Below, piece by piece: positions 11,371 to 31,487 of a DNA stretch of 31,487 nt (position 1 is its first letter; the number at the start of each line of letters is the position of its first letter). A program made the position numbers and the translations under genes. The stretch lies in the NCBI RefSeq assembly GCF_006345805.1, contig NW_021829631.1, forward strand, positions 1 through 31,487, written 5' to 3'. This DNA is from Octopus sinensis. Lineage: Eukaryota. The notes under the pieces are model-generated. The model did no database searches. It worked only from the letters and a program-made list of their open reading frames with translations, and was not told where the DNA came from.

Positions 11371-11422
<52 letters not shown>

Positions 11423-11425
<3 letters not shown>

Positions 11426-14340
11426 TGGCGTGCGGTGACTTCCGGGGTTGGGCATGAAATGAATTTATTTGCCCCCGCCCCCGGCAATTTTTCAGCAAAA
11501 AATTTTCGAATTCCTACGATTTACATATGGGAGATTCTGAATATGCAATCACCCCAGTATGACCTAGAAAAAAAAAACGTCGCGCTGGCTAGTCGTGAGT
11601 AGTCGATCCTACGACTATCTAGCAAAGTACATAAATTTTTTAAACAAAATATATAAAACACAAAAACACAAAGTAAATAATGTTTTAAACAAAGTAAATA
11701 AAACACAAAACACAAAGTAAGGATCGACTAGCCACAACTAGCTGGCGTGGATGCTCTGGTGCGCGCACCGGGACCACTCTTCTTAAATAGTACCCATGAT
11801 TTTTAAATTGTTTGCAATACTCATCAAATTCGTTGAAATTCGAAAGTCCATGAATTTAAACTCTACTAAGGATGAATATCGTGCTTTTATTTGGTCAACT
11901 ATTGTACTGATAATTTTGTTATAAAGCATTTTATAATGTCGTTGGGGCTCAATAGATATATTCTTGGATTTCTGAATTCCGATTATCAAGTTTGTTTTCG
12001 AGTACAGTTCTAGTTTTATCTATTTGCTCTTTACAATGCACTATGTCATGACTTTTACTCTGGAGGATGTTAAATAAGACGTCAGTAAAAGAAAAGATCT
12101 CACTGAATACTTCTAACAAAAATAAGAAATCAGGAGCTTTTAAAGTGTGTAAGAATCCAATTGCTGAATTTATGGTGGTATCATCCTATGCTTCAGGATT
12201 TTCAATGATGTGCTCAAAAAGGCTGATTATGAAATTATAATTTTCCTTTGTGGTAATAATAAGCCGTGAGGAGTAATTCCATTGCTGTTGCTTTCGGAAA
12301 TCTTTTTTTTAACAATGTTATCTAACGCACTAGCCCTTTTCGGTGATTTCGTAAAAAATATACTCAGTCCGTTTATTGTACAAAAAAATATCTTGCATTC
12401 TTTCATAGCAGAGCATGATTGTGAAAGAACTAAATTTAGAATATGGGCACAACAATGAATAAAGATCGCACATTCATATTTCTTCCTTACTTTTGCCTGT
12501 AACCCATTTAATTGTCCTGCCATTGTAGTGGCACCGTTATAGGTTTGTGCAATCAATTTGTTTTCACATTTCCACAATTCAATGCATTTAAAAACATGTT
12601 CAGATAAAGCATTTGCAGATCGATCTGCACTAACATCACTAAAACCGATAAATCGTTCTTTCGTGACACAGTCTTCTCTAACATAACGTAAAACTGTTGA
12701 CAGTTGTGAATATGCTGAGGCAACAGATGTCTCATCAACAAAAATAGAAACAAACTTAGCTTGCTCGATTTACCTTTGCATCTTATTCAACATAACTTTA
12801 TGAATTGCATCGATCAAGTTATTTTGAATTCTGTTTGACAGACCGGTGAAGATAGAAGCTGTATCTAGATGAATTTCTATTTTTTGTCATATTTACTGAT
12901 TACATATACGAGTTCTTTATAATTTCCACTATTATTAGAGCCTTCAGATTCAAAATGACCCCAAAACGATAATTCCTGGAAACCTAAAAAAATAACAACA
13001 TCGATCAATCGTTGCAGAATGGATCTGTTTCGTCTGACTTTCTCATTATGGTGTTGTATGCTTTGATTTTTACATGCATCTAATTGTAAGTCTATGCGAA
13101 CATTCTCGAATATTTTAAGATCTATCAAAGATTTTATATGCTTTTGAGAACGCTTGTGCTTTAACATAGCCATATGTAAATTATTTAAATCATCATAGCC
13201 TTTATCATTCCAAACATTCTTTTCTAAGCAAAAAAGTAAACAAGGCCAACAGAATAATTTAATAAGGATAGCACTCCCAGTTAACCATTTTTTCTTTTCA
13301 TACAAATTAACCTGGAATTGTCTCGTGAATTTCTTGTTGTAGCTTCGCAGATTAGGTAAATTCGGTGCTGGTCTCCCACCATTTATAATTAATTGTTTTC
13401 CATCGAAGTCTCTTTTCGAAAAACTATTTCTCAAAATATCGTTTATAACACACATTTCACTTATTTCGTAAAAGGTTGTTCTTATATACGAACACACGTG
13501 GAAGCGCCGGCGTAAATTGTAAGTCAATTTCAACAAAACGGAAAAATAACCTTAGTTAAATTAATTTAAGATTAATTAGCTACTTCTGAAATAAGAATTA
13601 TAATATAGATTATATTTTTTGTTTTCCGAACACTCCAAAAGTATAATAGTGCAAACAGAGGTTTTGGTTAAAAAATTCAAACTTACCGCTAAGTTATTCC
13701 AAAATTTCAGCTGGCTAGCTTAAGAATTATGGGACTGCTTTTGTTCCGGTCAGAAATGGAACAAGGTTAGCAACAATTCTACACTAGCAAAGAGACAGAG
13801 AGTGGGTATCATGCGGTCATCTCAAAGCATGACATGCCACTGAGAGAGAGAGAGGACGGCGGTACAAAATATTATGAACGACCTTTCCTCCTAGCATCTG
13901 TTTTATCAAGTCACTAAGAGAGAGAGAGAGGAAGGAGGGACAAACTAACAAAGAGACAGAGAGGGATGTCATGCGGGTCTTCTCAAAGCATGACGAGCCA
14001 CTAAGAGAGAGAGGAAGGGGGTAAAAATATTTCAAATGCCCTATGCTCTTAGCATGTCTTTTAAACAAATCACTAAGTGAGTGAGAGAGAGAGAGAGGAA
14101 GGAAGGACAAACTGAGACAGAGAGGGAGTGTCTGTCATGCGGATCTTCTCATAGCATAACTTCTCAAAGCAGAAGTACGAGTCACTGAGAGAGGAGAAGG
14201 GGAGACAAAATATTCCAAAACAACTGGACGGATTTTCTTTGAAACAAAGAAACTATTTTATCTAATTTTCCGATCATATGGATAAAAAATCACAGGTCTT
14301 GCAACGCATACCTTGCATACCTGAGAGTGCACGCCCCCTA
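11423..14340 (-). mobile_element. Degenerate hAT-superfamily transposon (ZMYM1-like / DUF4371 transposase)
   Basis: Imperfect TIRs CAGTGGCGTGC (11423) and GCACGCCCCCTA (14329-14340), both flanked by (TA)n. Minus-strand fragments: W..FCWPCLLF (TTF-type Zn finger), LQRLIDVVIFLG.QELSF.GH.E....N.GNY, FVSIFVDETS..QLSTVLRYV, YNGATTMAG..GLQAKV..IHCCAHILNL. Multiple frameshifts; no hATC C-terminus seen. Confidence 0.88.
13789..14225. repeat. Subterminal ~160-bp tandem repeat (~2.6 copies) inside the hAT element
   Basis: Recurrent gagacagagag..catgcgg..tctcaaagcatgac..cactaagagagag..aaaatatt units near 13789, 13950 and 14113. Confidence 0.7.
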
Positions 14341-14390
14341 TATATATATATATATTGCTTGTTTCAGGTGAATTTGTATTTGTATAAACA

Positions 14391-30521
<16,131 letters not shown>

Positions 30522-30737
30522 GTTAGTCAATATCCGCTAGTATCTGGAAAGGGTCCCTCTTTCCACCACTCGCACCAACAGGCAAAAGCATATTTCAATT
30601 CTGTGGGCCAATTTTAATCGATGGTTCTATGATGATGATGATGAAGACGACGACGATGATGTTATATATATGCGCGCGTGTGTGGGTATGCGTGTGTGCG
30701 TGCGCGCGTCTGGATTTATGTGATATATATGTGTGCA

Positions 30738-30739
<2 letters not shown>

Positions 30740-30771
<32 letters not shown>

Positions 30772-30847
30772 GGATGTATGTATGCAATATATTACATAAA
30801 CGCACATACATACATACATACATACATACATACATACATACATACAC

Positions 30848-30882
<35 letters not shown>

Positions 30883-30883
30883 T

Positions 30884-30967
<84 letters not shown>
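30740..30967. repeat. (TA)n/(CATA)n microsatellite cluster
   Basis: Direct reading. Confidence 0.95.
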
Positions 30968-30968
<1 letters not shown>

Positions 30969-31110
30969 CTATGTGGATAACTCTAGTGCTAAAAATAGCT
31001 CCGATAGTATTTCCGTTAAATGTATGTTACTTCTAGTTGGAAACATCTTTTTTCTGTGGCTATACTATCGGAGCTATTTTTAGCACTAGAGTTATCCACA
31101 TAGTGGTTAA
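30968..31110. mobile_element. Miniature inverted-repeat element, possibly piggyBac-like
   Basis: Perfect 43-bp inverted repeat 30968-31010 / 31062-31104; right end ..CATAGTGG followed by TTAA. Confidence 0.7.
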
Positions 31111-31221
31111 CTCTCTAATAATTTATGTATAAATTTGTATTTTCTCCGTAGTTTTTGTGCTAAGCCACTCGGTGTTAAATTAATGGTATTATTAAATTAA
31201 TATCAATCTTTCACCCTCATT

Positions 31222-31258
<37 letters not shown>

Positions 31259-31487
31259 ATAAATTAGATATAGCGATATTCTATTGACATTCAATAATTT
31301 ATGTTATAATATTACATTAAATACTATATAAATAGAAAAACCGTAAAAGGTCAACAAAGTGTTTTGACTTATATATATCCCTATTTCCTGATATACATAA
31401 TCACAGTTCAATTATATATACGCCACCTATATATAACTGAACTGTGTATATCAGGAAAAAGAAATATATATAGGCGTAGGGGTGGGT

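Noticed and set aside
13789-14225. CRISPR-like repeat-spacer array
   Set aside because: Long degenerate units with homologous 'spacers', in a eukaryotic context and inside a hAT subterminal region.

Overview
AT-rich, microsatellite-dense eukaryotic genomic DNA. The SINE families suggest an Octopus-like cephalopod (inference). The main feature is a + strand, intron-rich Mind-bomb-2 (MIB2)-like E3 ubiquitin ligase gene. Ten exons (14368-30521) can be joined by splice phase, and the gene continues past the window end. It encodes THREE Mib/REP (SH3-like) repeats followed by ankyrin repeats; canonical MIB1/2 have two. The extra repeat comes from duplication of a three-exon block. The second copy of the block has a 1-nt frameshift, and an in-frame TAA lies just upstream of the first ATG, so the N-terminal Mib-Herc2/ZZ region appears absent. 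Two further exons (774-906, 1613-1707) look like the 3' end of a neighbouring REP-containing paralog. The remainder is mobile DNA: a near-intact D,D34D mariner, further mariner and Tc1 remnants, a degenerate hAT (ZMYM1-like) element, Tx1/L1 RT fragments, two R4/Dong-type RLE retroelement 3' ends nested in (ATT)n, several tRNA-derived SINE families, long inverted-repeat/MITE structures, and three short repeats carrying minimal hammerhead-ribozyme-like folds. No CRISPR arrays, rRNA or intact tRNA genes were seen. All calls were made by eye; no database searches were run.
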